64,000 nt of DNA, from assembly GCA_023441055.1 (NCBI GenBank), contig JAEZQY010000017.1:31088-95087 (forward strand). The letters run 5' to 3'. Each line of letters opens with the position of its first letter. The first letter of the stretch is position 1. The notes beneath the pieces are model-generated. The model was not told the origin of the DNA, made no database searches, and saw only the letters and a program-made list of their open reading frames with translations. Below are positions 45,545 through 55,802 of the stretch, in pieces. This DNA is from Bacillota bacterium (GTDB lineage Bacteria; Bacillota; Bacilli; Paenibacillales; UBA4045). Made by a program: the position numbers and the translations under genes.

Positions 45545-47293
45545 TCACTGCCACGCCATCGTATACCACATGGCCCCGCGGCCATCTGGCGAATAATACG
45601 TAAGCAGTGCCGAATCCATATCCTGCCGGAGCTCCCCATGCTGGAGCAGACCTTGCAGATCGAATGGCAGCAGCTCCACAACTGCATGCTTATGAAGCTC
45701 TCGCTCGGTCAGCTGAAGCGCGGCGAAATCCGCGGACACCGCCTCCGGCCGCTCCGCAAAAGCGCGCAGCAGCTCCGCCTGCGCTGACTTGTCATGCTCG
45801 AAGCTCCACCAAACCTTGCGCGGCTTATACTTATGCTGCAGGAAGTAATCCAGCTTCATCAGGCCCAGCACAACGTCCGGCTGCCTCGTCCCCCGCTCCA
45901 GCAGGAACCCATGCAGACGCTCGAATAGATCCTCCAGCTGATGCCCGATCTTCTGCCAGCCGCGCGCCTCCCAATAATCGCCGAAAGACTGGAAGAAGTC
46001 GAACGGCGACTCGAACTCCCGCTCGATCAGATACGTCATCGTCCGATCCATCCGGTGCGCATTCCAATACTTCTCCAGTACATCCTCCACCCGCTTGATC
46101 CGCACCAGATCACTGAATGGCAGCACATCATTGCCTAGAATCTCGTACGGAGCGCGATCCATATAGATATAGCCGTACTTGTCCGCATCGTTGCGCACGC
46201 CTGTACCGCGCAGCATCTTGAGGAAGCCCAATTGCAGCTCCTCCGGCCGCAGCGCGAAAACGTCATTGAACGTCTTGCGGAAGGACGCGTAATCCTCCTC
46301 TGGCAGTCCAGCGATGAGATCCAGATGCTGATCAATCTTACCGGATTCCTTGATCTTCGATACTGTCCGTGACAGCTTCTTGAAATTCTGCCTCCGCTGG
46401 ACGATCTCATTCGTCTCGTCATTCGTCGACTGTACGCCAATCTCGAAGCGGAACACGCCGGCAGGCGCATGCTCCGACAGGAAATCCAGCACCTCCGGCC
46501 GCATTATATCCGCAGTAATCTCGAACTGGAACGTACAGCCCCGATGGTTGTCGATGAGGAACTGGAATATCTCCATCGCATAGTCCCGCTTAATATTGAA
46601 GGTGCGGTCCACGAACTTGATCAGCTTCGCGCCAGATTCGATCAGGTACAGCAGGTCAGCCTTCGTCTTCTCCATATCAAAATAACGCACGCCCACCTCT
46701 ATGCTCGACAGGCAGAACTGGCAGCTGAACGGACAGCCGCGGCTCGTCTCGAAGTAGACGACACGCTTGCCCAGCTCGGCAACATCCTCCTGGAACCGGT
46801 GTGGACTGGGCAGCTGACTCAGATCCAGCTTGGGCCGTCCCGGATTCAGCGCTACACTTCCATCCTTGCCGCGATACGCGGCACCGAATACGAAGTGGAA
46901 TTTACGCGACCCGCTGAGCTCTTGCAGCAGATGATGGAATGTCTCCTCCCCTTCGCCGACCACAATGAAATCGACCTCCGGCACATGATTCATCCAGTAC
47001 TCGGTATCATAGGACACCTCTGGGCCGCCGAGAACAATGGTCAGCTCCGGCTTAATCTTCTTCAGCATCCGGACCACATCGAGCGTCTCCTCGATATTCC
47101 AGATATAACAGGAGAAACCGATCACATCGGCATCCCGGCCGAATAGATCAGCCACGATGTTCATGATCGGGTCCTTAATCGTATATTCCACGATATCGAT
47201 ATCGAATTCATTCTGGCTGTATGCCTTCAGGTATCTTAAAGCGAGACAAGTGTGTATATACTTCGCATTCAATGTCGTTACTATCGTTTTCAC
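45545..47293 (-). CDS. B12-binding-domain radical SAM protein with DUF4080-like C-terminus
   Basis: 582 aa. N-terminal cobalamin-binding-like domain, radical SAM cluster SRGCPFSCQFC, and a long C-terminal extension. Confidence 0.8.
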   Translation of the reverse strand: MKTIVTTLNAKYIHTCLALRYLKAYSQNEFDIDIVEYTIKDPIMNIVADLFGRDADVIGFSCYIWNIEETLDVVRMLKKIKPELTIVLGGPEVSYDTEYWMNHVPEVDFIVVGEGEETFHHLLQELSGSRKFHFVFGAAYRGKDGSVALNPGRPKLDLSQLPSPHRFQEDVAELGKRVVYFETSRGCPFSCQFCLSSIEVGVRYFDMEKTKADLLYLIESGAKLIKFVDRTFNIKRDYAMEIFQFLIDNHRGCTFQFEITADIMRPEVLDFLSEHAPAGVFRFEIGVQSTNDETNEIVQRRQNFKKLSRTVSKIKESGKIDQHLDLIAGLPEEDYASFRKTFNDVFALRPEELQLGFLKMLRGTGVRNDADKYGYIYMDRAPYEILGNDVLPFSDLVRIKRVEDVLEKYWNAHRMDRTMTYLIEREFESPFDFFQSFGDYWEARGWQKIGHQLEDLFERLHGFLLERGTRQPDVVLGLMKLDYFLQHKYKPRKVWWSFEHDKSAQAELLRAFAERPEAVSADFAALQLTERELHKHAVVELLPFDLQGLLQHGELRQDMDSALLTYYSPDGRGAMWYTMAWQ

Positions 47294-47335
47294 GCGCTGC
47301 TCTGCTCCTCGGATTCATACTTGGATATAACCCGT

Positions 47336-47344
47336 ATTATAGCA
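47336..47344 (-). promoter_or_regulatory. Extended -10 element (TGCTATAAT) upstream of the radical SAM gene
   Basis: Minus strand ggctgTGCTATAATacggg lies about 45 nt upstream of the start. No convincing -35. Confidence 0.35.
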
Positions 47345-47352
47345 CAGCCGAG

Positions 47353-47503
47353 CCCCGCCGCGATAATGCGCAGCACTGCACGCAACAGTTCAATCACAGC
47401 GCACATGCAGCATCACATTCCGAAGCTACACGCACCAGTTACCTTACAACACACCATGCAGCTTCACTTTCCGATGCTCCACGCACCAGACCAGCTCAGC
47501 CGT
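47353..47503. repeat. Three tandem ~51-bp degenerate units (L4)
   Basis: catgcag occurs at 47404 and 47455 (51 bp apart), with a shorter upstream copy. tgcagcatcacattccg (47406-47422) is the exact reverse complement of 57341-57357 in L5. Confidence 0.8.
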
Positions 47504-48790
47504 CTACTCTTGCGCGAGCAATGCGTCCATGCTGGCTGCAGCCTCGTCAAGCGCGTCACGCACATCGCGGCCATCCACGAAGATCGCCTTGAGCGCTTCG
47601 AAGTAGAGGCGCTCGATCTTGTTCCACTGCGGCAATGGCGGACGGTAGAAGGCATCATCGATGCCAGCCACATATGGTGCCATATAGCGATCACCGATCA
47701 GCGAGATCTGATCCCCTTGGAACGCCTCCATATTCGTCGGGAATAGGCCGGTCTGATCGTAGATCATCCGCTGCGTATCCCGCTGCAGCATGAAGCGAAT
47801 GAACGTCCATGCCTCTTCTCGATAGCGGGTCCCCTTCGTGATCACCAGACTCTCTCCACCGATAATCGAACCATATTGTCCGTTAGCAGGGAATGGCGCA
47901 GGCAGCGTCGCTTCTAGCAGATCCACATTCAGCGCAGTCGTATTCAATAGGATGCTGTAGTACCACGGGCCCTCATCGATCATCAGCATATTCGTATCCT
48001 TATACAGGTCATTCCATAGATCACTGGTGCCATCTAGCATCCCTGGATTAATGATGCCCTCGTTATACAAGTCGAGCATCGTCTGTACGGCATTCACGCT
48101 GCTGTCGCTATTGAAGTACCCGCTCGTCCGCGTGAAGCCTTCATCGGCCAGCACGCCGCCCAATCCATGGAAGTACGGCAGGCTGCTCCAGAGCTCAAGC
48201 CCGATCATCCCGATTACATAGCGGTGCTCACGTGCTGCCTCAATGATAGCGAGCAGGGAATCCGGCGATTCGCCTAAGCCCGCTTCATGAAGCAGCTTGC
48301 GATTATAGATGGCCGCCTTCGTGTTCATATTAAGCGGCAGACCGTATACACGACCGTTATATTGATTCGTATGCAGCATATGTCCTCGCTGCTCCGCGGC
48401 TACCTGATCATAATCCGGCAGATTCTCTAGCGGCTCGAGCAGGCCATAGCTGGCGAACCGCGGAACCCAGCTGTAGTCCATGCGGATAACATCCGGCGTC
48501 TTCCCCGCAGATGCCCGCGCAATAATCGCGGATTGGTACTCCACATTCGAGCCCTGACGGATCGATTCAATGCGGATTGCCGGATACTCGCGCTCGAAGC
48601 TTGGAATAATGTCTTCCTCGAATACCCGAGTCTCCTCATCGCTGTAGGTATGCCACACCGTGATCGTCCTGATCGCTTCATCATCCAGCATCAGCACATC
48701 CTGCTCATCCACGATGATGCCGGATCGCAGACAGCCTGCGCACACTATAATAATAAGCACAGCGATCATCATTGTGGCTATCAGTCTCAT
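47504..48790 (-). CDS. ABC-type extracellular solute-binding protein, last gene after the two-component system
   Basis: 428 aa. N-terminal signal with IIIVCAGC lipobox-like Cys. Family-1 SBP appearance. 4-nt overlap with the response regulator stop. Confidence 0.8.
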   Translation of the reverse strand: MRLIATMMIAVLIIIVCAGCLRSGIIVDEQDVLMLDDEAIRTITVWHTYSDEETRVFEEDIIPSFEREYPAIRIESIRQGSNVEYQSAIIARASAGKTPDVIRMDYSWVPRFASYGLLEPLENLPDYDQVAAEQRGHMLHTNQYNGRVYGLPLNMNTKAAIYNRKLLHEAGLGESPDSLLAIIEAAREHRYVIGMIGLELWSSLPYFHGLGGVLADEGFTRTSGYFNSDSSVNAVQTMLDLYNEGIINPGMLDGTSDLWNDLYKDTNMLMIDEGPWYYSILLNTTALNVDLLEATLPAPFPANGQYGSIIGGESLVITKGTRYREEAWTFIRFMLQRDTQRMIYDQTGLFPTNMEAFQGDQISLIGDRYMAPYVAGIDDAFYRPPLPQWNKIERLYFEALKAIFVDGRDVRDALDEAAASMDALLAQE

Positions 48791-50361
48791 GATCTATCGC
48801 TCCCATCGCTAGGTGCTCTGCCCATCTGATGATAATCTCGATAATCTATCGGCGTTAAGCCGGTAATCTTCTTGAACAGCTTGCTGAAATACTTCACGTC
48901 ATTAAAGCCCGCTTGCTCCGCCACCTCATAGACGCGCAGATCAGATTGAGCCAGCATATCCCGCGCCTTCTGAATACGTAGATCAATTAGGTAATCTATG
49001 AAATTCTGACCCATCATCTTCTTGAATAGCAGGGAGAAGTAGTTTTTGCTCACATGCACATGATCGGCAACCTGCTGGAGCGTGACGGGCTCCAGATAAT
49101 GCATCTGGATGTAAGCCAGCGCTTTATCTACCGGATTGCGCAGCTCCAACGCCTCGGGTCGAGCCATCGTCTGCCGTCCCAGTCCAGTGAATTGCTCAAG
49201 CAGTCGATCACCTAGGTCGGTCAGGCTCTCGGTCTCGAATAATCGCTCGAATGCCTCTACGAGCGCGAGCGAATCCACAGTATGCTTATATAGCATCGTC
49301 AGCGCTCTGCATGCCTCCTCCTTCAGCACACTGGGTGCAATGCCGCCATGCCGCCATGAAGCCGTCCACGTCCAGACCACTTCGACGAATTGCTCCTCGC
49401 TTACGATTAGCGGCTTCGGGAGCAGGCTCGGAAGATGACTCCCAGTGACAGCTTCACCCCTATGATCCTCATTCGCCATATAGATGCCCGCTCCTTCATA
49501 GAAGGCACGCCCGCAAGCTGCTCGACTCTTCTCATAGCTTGCGACAATCTCTTCAATCCCTCCGCCAATGTGGCAGCCGAATGTTAGATCAGCGCTAGTC
49601 TCACTCGCGAGCTGGTCATACAGGCTTTCTAACTGTCTCATGACCCCTTCAGAATCGGACTGGGCAGGAATGAGCGCGAACCATTCGCAGGCTTCCGTCG
49701 GCAGAGCAATACTGTCTGGCATCAGCCGGAAGAACGACTCCACGCATTGCTCAATCATAATGGATGTATATAGGAAGCCATGTGTCTCCTCCAGCTTCCG
49801 CACGCCGATGAGCTGTACATAGATGGCTGTATAGGAGACATTCAGCCAATCCGGGTAGCCCCCCGGAGGCAGAGCATCCTTCTTGCGGGCCAGCAATTGC
49901 TTCATCTCTCGCGCATAGCGAGTGCGCAAGCGCGCCTGTACATGCTCGCCTGCATCCGCCATCCGATTCTCCAGCTTAATCCCCTCAGTAATGAGCGCCG
50001 CGCACTTCTGCGCAGTAGCGAGCAGCTCCTCCGGCTCCAGCGTATGCTTCAGAATATAGTCAGCCACACCCAGCTTTAAGCCCTGATGCACATATTCGAA
50101 ATCATTATAGCTGCTGACCAGAATAATCTGGATATGCGGGTCTAACGCCAGAGCGTGCTTCGAGAGCGTCAAGCCGTCCATGACGGGCATCTTGATATCG
50201 GTGATCAGAATGTCGACGGGATCCTGCTTCATATGCGCCAGCGCCTCCGCGCCATTGGCGTAATCCCCGACTACGACGAAGCCTTCCTTCTCCCAATCGA
50301 CAGACGCCTTGATGCCGAAGCGTATGACCGGCTCATCATCCACGATCAGAATTCTCAGCAT
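48787..50361 (-). CDS. Response regulator with AraC-type HTH output (YesN-like)
   Basis: MLRILIVDDEP...ILITDIKMP receiver domain. C-terminal AraC HTH (VAEQAGFNDVKYFSKLFKK). Confidence 0.9.
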   Translation of the reverse strand: MLRILIVDDEPVIRFGIKASVDWEKEGFVVVGDYANGAEALAHMKQDPVDILITDIKMPVMDGLTLSKHALALDPHIQIILVSSYNDFEYVHQGLKLGVADYILKHTLEPEELLATAQKCAALITEGIKLENRMADAGEHVQARLRTRYAREMKQLLARKKDALPPGGYPDWLNVSYTAIYVQLIGVRKLEETHGFLYTSIMIEQCVESFFRLMPDSIALPTEACEWFALIPAQSDSEGVMRQLESLYDQLASETSADLTFGCHIGGGIEEIVASYEKSRAACGRAFYEGAGIYMANEDHRGEAVTGSHLPSLLPKPLIVSEEQFVEVVWTWTASWRHGGIAPSVLKEEACRALTMLYKHTVDSLALVEAFERLFETESLTDLGDRLLEQFTGLGRQTMARPEALELRNPVDKALAYIQMHYLEPVTLQQVADHVHVSKNYFSLLFKKMMGQNFIDYLIDLRIQKARDMLAQSDLRVYEVAEQAGFNDVKYFSKLFKKITGLTPIDYRDYHQMGRAPSDGSDRS

Positions 50362-52165
50362 GCAGATCCCCTCCCTGCGCGTCCGTTCTCGAGATCAACA
50401 ACTTACGAATCAGAGTCCCTGCACCCTCATGACGGACGAACTCGACCTTCGAGCCGTGATCATAATAGAGCGCGATACTCTCAAGCACATGCTGGAGACC
50501 GATGCCGGTCTGCCCGGCCTCCACCGCCTCTTGAACCGTCCCATTCGCCAGCGCCGAATCAGCATCCAGACCAATTCCATCGTCCTTGACTGTAATCAGT
50601 ACAGCCGCATCCATCCGCTCTATGCGGATCTCGATTCGGCCTGGCACTCCCTTCGGAACAATACCATGGAATACGGCATTCTCAACGAGCGGCTGAATCA
50701 GCATCTGCGGAATACGGAAATCAGCCGCACGCGGATCCAGTACAATCTCCAGCTGGAAGGTGTTATGATAGCGCAGCTCCAGAATCGCCATGTACTTGGC
50801 AATGATATCGAGCTCCTCCTGAATCGCGATGAAGGTGCCCTTCTTCCCCATATTCGCTTCCAGCAATCGGATCAAGGCAGACATCCCTTCATACGCCTTA
50901 TCCGATCGGTCATACTTGATCAGCCAGCGCAGCGTGCTCAGCGTATTGAACAGGAAGTGCGGATTAATCCGATGCTTCACCGCGCGAATCTCGGCCTCCT
51001 GCTTCTGACGCTGCTCCGATGCCACCTGCGCCATGAGCCGATCAATGTCTGCGATCATGCGGTTGAACTGATGACTCATGAGTCCGAGCTCATCGCCGGA
51101 ATGAATATGCGTCCGCACGGATAGGTCGCCCTGCTGAACCAGCTTCATCTGCGAAGTCAGCTGCTTGATCGGACGCGTCACTCGGCTGGCAATAATCAGA
51201 CCAATCATGATCCCCACGAATGTAAAAATAATAAAGGACAGCAGAATAGTTGAATGCAGCGAATCCAGCCGATCCGTAATCTCATGGATCGGGACCGTTC
51301 CGACGATAAGCCAGCCATTACTCAGCCGCTGCTTTACACCGTAATAAGGGATGTCATCCTGCATATATTCAAACTCCGCCTTGTTGTGGCCGATAATATT
51401 GCTGAGCAGATCTGCATTGTCCACGACCTGATGAATCCGCTCCGTCTCCGGCGCGATCATGATGCGGCCTTCCTCATTCACCACGATGAATCCGCCGGTC
51501 TGTCCCAGCTTCATCCGCTCGATTGTATCGATAATTTTGCGACCATTCAGATTCACGAGCACATACCCGATATTCTCCATCGAATCGAAATCCTTCAACA
51601 CGCGGGCAATCGGCAGGACGAGCTCCATATTATCGCCGCCGCCGCTGAACTGATCCTCCTGCAAGCCTAACCATACTAGACCGCCATCGAGCTCCACCGC
51701 CGCTTGCGCCCAACTGAGCGCATCCAGGTCATAGCGGCTTAGCTTCACCTTGGAGAACGTCCCGCTCCCCCAGCTGTTATTATCCGGCTTGAGCACGTAG
51801 ACAATATTGACGAACGAACTGGTGTACACCAGATTATTCAAGAAGCTGCGCAGCTGCTCATCCCGCTCACGCCATTGCGTCAGATCCTTATCCGGATCCG
51901 CGTCGCTGATCACGAATTCCTGGATGCTCAGATCACCGAAGATGAGATCCGATATATCACTTCCCGCATTCAACATGAAGGATATGGAATCCGCCGCTTG
52001 CTTGGCAATCTGAATGGAAGCCTCTCGGACATTGTCCTTGACCGTACTGGTAGAGACGATATAGAAGGATGCGCTCGTGAACACAGCCGGGATCAAGATG
52101 ACGATGACGAACGCGGAAATCATCTTAGCGGCGAATCGGTTGAATAGTCTAAGGGAGCCGAACAT
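50336..52165 (-). CDS. Sensor histidine kinase (YesM-like, His_kinase/LytS-type)
   Basis: ORF trimmed to MFGSLRLF (RBS GAAGAGGA). Two TM flanking a ~270-aa sensor domain, a HAMP-like region, INPHFLFNTLSTL and an HATPase domain (GIGLQHV). Confidence 0.85.
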   Translation of the reverse strand: MFGSLRLFNRFAAKMISAFVIVILIPAVFTSASFYIVSTSTVKDNVREASIQIAKQAADSISFMLNAGSDISDLIFGDLSIQEFVISDADPDKDLTQWRERDEQLRSFLNNLVYTSSFVNIVYVLKPDNNSWGSGTFSKVKLSRYDLDALSWAQAAVELDGGLVWLGLQEDQFSGGGDNMELVLPIARVLKDFDSMENIGYVLVNLNGRKIIDTIERMKLGQTGGFIVVNEEGRIMIAPETERIHQVVDNADLLSNIIGHNKAEFEYMQDDIPYYGVKQRLSNGWLIVGTVPIHEITDRLDSLHSTILLSFIIFTFVGIMIGLIIASRVTRPIKQLTSQMKLVQQGDLSVRTHIHSGDELGLMSHQFNRMIADIDRLMAQVASEQRQKQEAEIRAVKHRINPHFLFNTLSTLRWLIKYDRSDKAYEGMSALIRLLEANMGKKGTFIAIQEELDIIAKYMAILELRYHNTFQLEIVLDPRAADFRIPQMLIQPLVENAVFHGIVPKGVPGRIEIRIERMDAAVLITVKDDGIGLDADSALANGTVQEAVEAGQTGIGLQHVLESIALYYDHGSKVEFVRHEGAGTLIRKLLISRTDAQGGDLHAENSDRG

Positions 52166-52184
52166 AGCAGTCCTCTTCTTCCAG

Positions 52185-53951
52185 TTAATTCTTGTATTCC
52201 ATAACAACCATATCCCAAACCTGCAGCTTCGGCAACGTAAAGTTTAAAGCGCTTCCATCTTGCTTGAATGCCAGCTCTACCGTTGAGCCTAGATTGAATT
52301 CCGGGCTAGCCATCCATACGCGAGACACCTTGCGACTTGTCTCAACCGTCAGTTCGATCTGCTCGATTAGCCTCGGCATCGCCTGAGTTGCGTCTGCATC
52401 ATTCCAGTTCATATGCACCGCATCGCTGAAATTTATCAGATGAACAATGTCCATCCGCCCTTTGCGCTTAACCAGTGTCCACACCTTGCCTTGCTCCATC
52501 GTCTGGGAAAGCTGGATCCTCGGCGAGGATATCTCCAGCTCCTCCGTCATGTCCAGTCCATCGCGAAGCACATTCTGATAGGCGGTCAAGAAGTCATAAT
52601 AGGTGATCAGCTGCTGCTCCAGCGCGTCTGGAATCGTAAGCCTGCGATGTGGAAAATACTCCTTAGCCAGCATATGCTCGCCCAGCTCCAGATGAGCAGC
52701 GCCGAGTGCGAACATGACCGCATTGGTCATCAAGATGCCCGGCGCGTTGAAGGCTCCGCCGCGATCGGTATGATTATAATTCATATACGCGGCGAAAACC
52801 GTATTCAGCGCCCCCTGACTGAATCGCTCATTCTGATTCACGATATCCTGCAGATGCCGATAGCTTGGATGACCGGCCCATACCTCTGTATAGAGAAATT
52901 TCACTGGGGACCTGGCAATGTAAGGCTGCGCGTATTGCCCCACCGCATTCATAACAAGCTCAATGCCTAGCTCTTGATGCGCAGCCTCCAGCATCGGTGC
53001 ATAGCTGCCAGCCAGATCCACACGCTCACCGCTGGAGTTCCATAGCGTGCCACGATCACCGAGCTGATCTACATGCCAGCCGTCGAAGGCCAGATGCTCG
53101 AACACCGTCTTCTCAGCTGCCAAGAGATAGCGTTGCCACGCCTCATTCGAAGGATCCAGCAGAACAATATCGCTCGCCCATGAGGAAGGGAGCGGATGAT
53201 GATCCGGATTCCCGCCGAGCGGATCCTGGAACAGCCCCCACTCCCGCAGCTGAACGCCATCTTGCTCCGCTGTCTCATAGGCGCCGAACAGCAGGTTATA
53301 ATTCATCGCCTTCATCCCCTTGCTGTGTACAAGGTCAATATAGCGCTCTACTGTATCTAGCGACACGACACGATTGGCAATATCCGGCCACTGCGCCGCA
53401 GGCGCGCCGTCAATCAGCTTCAGCGGTCTATGATGCTTCCATTGCCAATCATAGAATTGAATGCCGTTAATCCGGAACCGGGTAAGGCGCTCAATCACAG
53501 CCTCCTGCTCGGATTGCGTCATGACGCCGAAGTCTGCCAGATAGCCATAGCGCGGGAACTTGCCCCAATCCGAGGAGACATCGACCGCGATGTTCATGTG
53601 ATCGACATAAGACCCGCTCTGCTCCAGCACGATCTCGGTCATATACCCTTTGTAATCCTCAGCAGGCGGCTGCCAGCTCCAGGCGAGCTCAGGTTCACCG
53701 CGCCATGCCAGCTTCTCCGACTGGACCAGCTGATTCAGATGCTTATAGCGCACATGCAGGGTACCGCCCTGGCCGCCTTCTTGCAGCTGAAGCTTATAAT
53801 GAACCTGCTCGCCTGGCGCGTAGCGGGCGCGATCGGTGTTGATAGCGACTAGCCGATCATGATGCTCTATTTTGTCCAGAGGAATATCGGTCTTGCCTGT
53901 ACATGCACTCATCAGGAGCACAGCTAGCAGGAGCGGCGCAAGTCGCCTCAC
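52185..53951 (-). CDS. Glycoside hydrolase lipoprotein, GH66-like (dextranase / cycloisomaltooligosaccharide glucanotransferase family)
   Basis: Lipobox LLMSAC. WGKFPRYGYL, INGIQFYDWQWKHH and FDGWHVDQLGD resemble GH66 motifs as I recall them. Family assignment is unverified. Confidence 0.6.
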   Translation of the reverse strand: MRRLAPLLLAVLLMSACTGKTDIPLDKIEHHDRLVAINTDRARYAPGEQVHYKLQLQEGGQGGTLHVRYKHLNQLVQSEKLAWRGEPELAWSWQPPAEDYKGYMTEIVLEQSGSYVDHMNIAVDVSSDWGKFPRYGYLADFGVMTQSEQEAVIERLTRFRINGIQFYDWQWKHHRPLKLIDGAPAAQWPDIANRVVSLDTVERYIDLVHSKGMKAMNYNLLFGAYETAEQDGVQLREWGLFQDPLGGNPDHHPLPSSWASDIVLLDPSNEAWQRYLLAAEKTVFEHLAFDGWHVDQLGDRGTLWNSSGERVDLAGSYAPMLEAAHQELGIELVMNAVGQYAQPYIARSPVKFLYTEVWAGHPSYRHLQDIVNQNERFSQGALNTVFAAYMNYNHTDRGGAFNAPGILMTNAVMFALGAAHLELGEHMLAKEYFPHRRLTIPDALEQQLITYYDFLTAYQNVLRDGLDMTEELEISSPRIQLSQTMEQGKVWTLVKRKGRMDIVHLINFSDAVHMNWNDADATQAMPRLIEQIELTVETSRKVSRVWMASPEFNLGSTVELAFKQDGSALNFTLPKLQVWDMVVMEYKN

Positions 53952-54781
53952 CCCTTCACACCGCCCTCATTGAAGCCGGACTGTACGAATTTCTTCTGGA
54001 AGAGGATGTACAGCAGCATGACCGGCAGCAGCGCAATCATCGATGCCGCGAAGATCTGGCCATAATTCGTTGCATACTTATCGTTGAACATCAGGATTGC
54101 AATCGGCAGTGTACGCAGCGACTCGCTCTTGATCAGGGTGAGCGCCATAAAGTACTCCTCCCATGTGCCCTGGAAGATGAAGATGGCCAGCGTACCCATG
54201 GCCGGCAGCGATTGCGGCAGATAGATGTTCCAGAACACGCGCCAGTTGCCGCCGCCGTCGATCAGAACGGATTCCTCCAGCTCCTTCGGGATACTCTCGA
54301 AGAACCCGCGAAGGAAGAACAAGTTACCGACTACCCCGCCCGCTACATACACCAGCCACAGGCCAGCATAGGAGTTTACCAGGCCCAGATTCTTCACGAT
54401 GACGAAGATCGGAATAATATTGATAACCCCTGGTATGAACAGCGTGAGCAGGAAGATTCGGAAGATCAGCTCCTTGCCGGGAAAGGTGAATCTCGCGAAG
54501 CCATACGCGGTAATCGCGCCGAGGAACATCGAACCGGCCATCGCTACGGAGGTCACAATTGCACTGTTCATGAAGTATCGAATGAAGTTATTCTTCTGTA
54601 GAACAATGATGTAATTCTTGATATTCGGCGTGACACTGAACACCTCATGAGGCTTCGGCAGCGTATTCGTACCGAGGAAGAAGGTTGTCAGAATCATATA
54701 GATGAATGGGAAGATGAACAGCAGCGCGCCGAAGATAATAATGGCATACACGACAATTTGTTGAATAGGTGATGTCCTCAT
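53948..54781 (-). CDS. Carbohydrate ABC transporter permease
   Basis: 277 aa with ESVLIDGGGNWRVFWNIYLP. Confidence 0.85.
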   Translation of the reverse strand: MRTSPIQQIVVYAIIIFGALLFIFPFIYMILTTFFLGTNTLPKPHEVFSVTPNIKNYIIVLQKNNFIRYFMNSAIVTSVAMAGSMFLGAITAYGFARFTFPGKELIFRIFLLTLFIPGVINIIPIFVIVKNLGLVNSYAGLWLVYVAGGVVGNLFFLRGFFESIPKELEESVLIDGGGNWRVFWNIYLPQSLPAMGTLAIFIFQGTWEEYFMALTLIKSESLRTLPIAILMFNDKYATNYGQIFAASMIALLPVMLLYILFQKKFVQSGFNEGGVKG

Positions 54782-54791
54782 GCTACGCCTC

Positions 54792-55703
54792 CTAGAACAT
54801 TCTCTGTCTGCCGAATTTTTTCATCTGTGTGAACGTCAGCAGGAAGACCATAATCCCCATCATGAAGCCCATCGCGGAAGCCTGCCCGAACTTCATCTGC
54901 TCGAAGGCCTGGATATAGATTAAGCTTGGAATAACCTGTGTCTGATCCATCGGTCCGCCCTTCGTTAAGAAGTAAACCTGCGGGAAGAAACCGAATGCCC
55001 CGTTCACCAGATTGATCAGGACGAATACCGTAATTGGGCCCAGCACCGGAATTGTAATCTGCCAGAACTTCTGGGTGAAGTTGGCTCCATCCATCTCGGC
55101 CGCCTCATACAGATCCTTCGGTATCCCTTGCAGCGCCGCCAGATAAATCACGACACCCCACCCGACCGTCTTCCAGATGTGGAACATCCAGATCATGACC
55201 ATCGCTGACCAGTAATTACTTCGCCATGAGATGGGCTCGGAGAGAATGCCCAGCTGCTTATGGAGAATAAAGTTCACCACGCCGCCATCGCCGTCAGCGA
55301 ATAGATACTTGAACAGCAGCGCGACAATAATCCAAGACGTAACAATCGGCAAATAATAGATCGTCCGGAACGTCATCTTGAACTTTACAAATTTCGAATT
55401 GATTAACACCGCGAAGAATAAAGCCAGGAACCAATTAATCGGTACGGTCGCTGCCACGTTCAAGAACGTATTGCGAAGCGCGACGAGGAATTTCCGATTC
55501 GGGTCCTCGAATACCTTACGGTAATTCTCAAATCCTATCCAGTCATTAATCGCATTAGGCATGATACTGAAATCCTGAAAGCTGATCAGGACATTCTTAA
55601 TCATCGGATAGATAACGAAGATCGCTGTGCCTGCTATGCCGATGAATACATAAGGGAAGACAGCCGACCATTGCCTCAGTCCGAGCTTCCATCGATTCGC
55701 CAT
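54792..55703 (-). CDS. Sugar ABC transporter permease
   Basis: 303 aa with EAAEMDGANFTQKFWQITIP. Confidence 0.85.
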   Translation of the reverse strand: MANRWKLGLRQWSAVFPYVFIGIAGTAIFVIYPMIKNVLISFQDFSIMPNAINDWIGFENYRKVFEDPNRKFLVALRNTFLNVAATVPINWFLALFFAVLINSKFVKFKMTFRTIYYLPIVTSWIIVALLFKYLFADGDGGVVNFILHKQLGILSEPISWRSNYWSAMVMIWMFHIWKTVGWGVVIYLAALQGIPKDLYEAAEMDGANFTQKFWQITIPVLGPITVFVLINLVNGAFGFFPQVYFLTKGGPMDQTQVIPSLIYIQAFEQMKFGQASAMGFMMGIMVFLLTFTQMKKFGRQRMF

Positions 55704-55802
55704 CTCGCACTCCTCCTATCTGTGAATAGCATGAAGGCTACTTCACAGGGCCCAGCTAGGCCCTAGTGAAGTAGCCGCTATATGCAGGGTGCTGTGTCTC
55801 GC

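Noticed and set aside
45607-47146. Several 65-225-aa plus-strand ORFs (Pro/Ala/Arg-rich) antisense to the radical SAM gene, and similar antisense ORFs inside ilvB, leuA, the GH66 gene and the ABC genes.
   Set aside because: These are typical shadow ORFs of GC-rich coding sequence. Each is fully nested in a gene that has clear family motifs.
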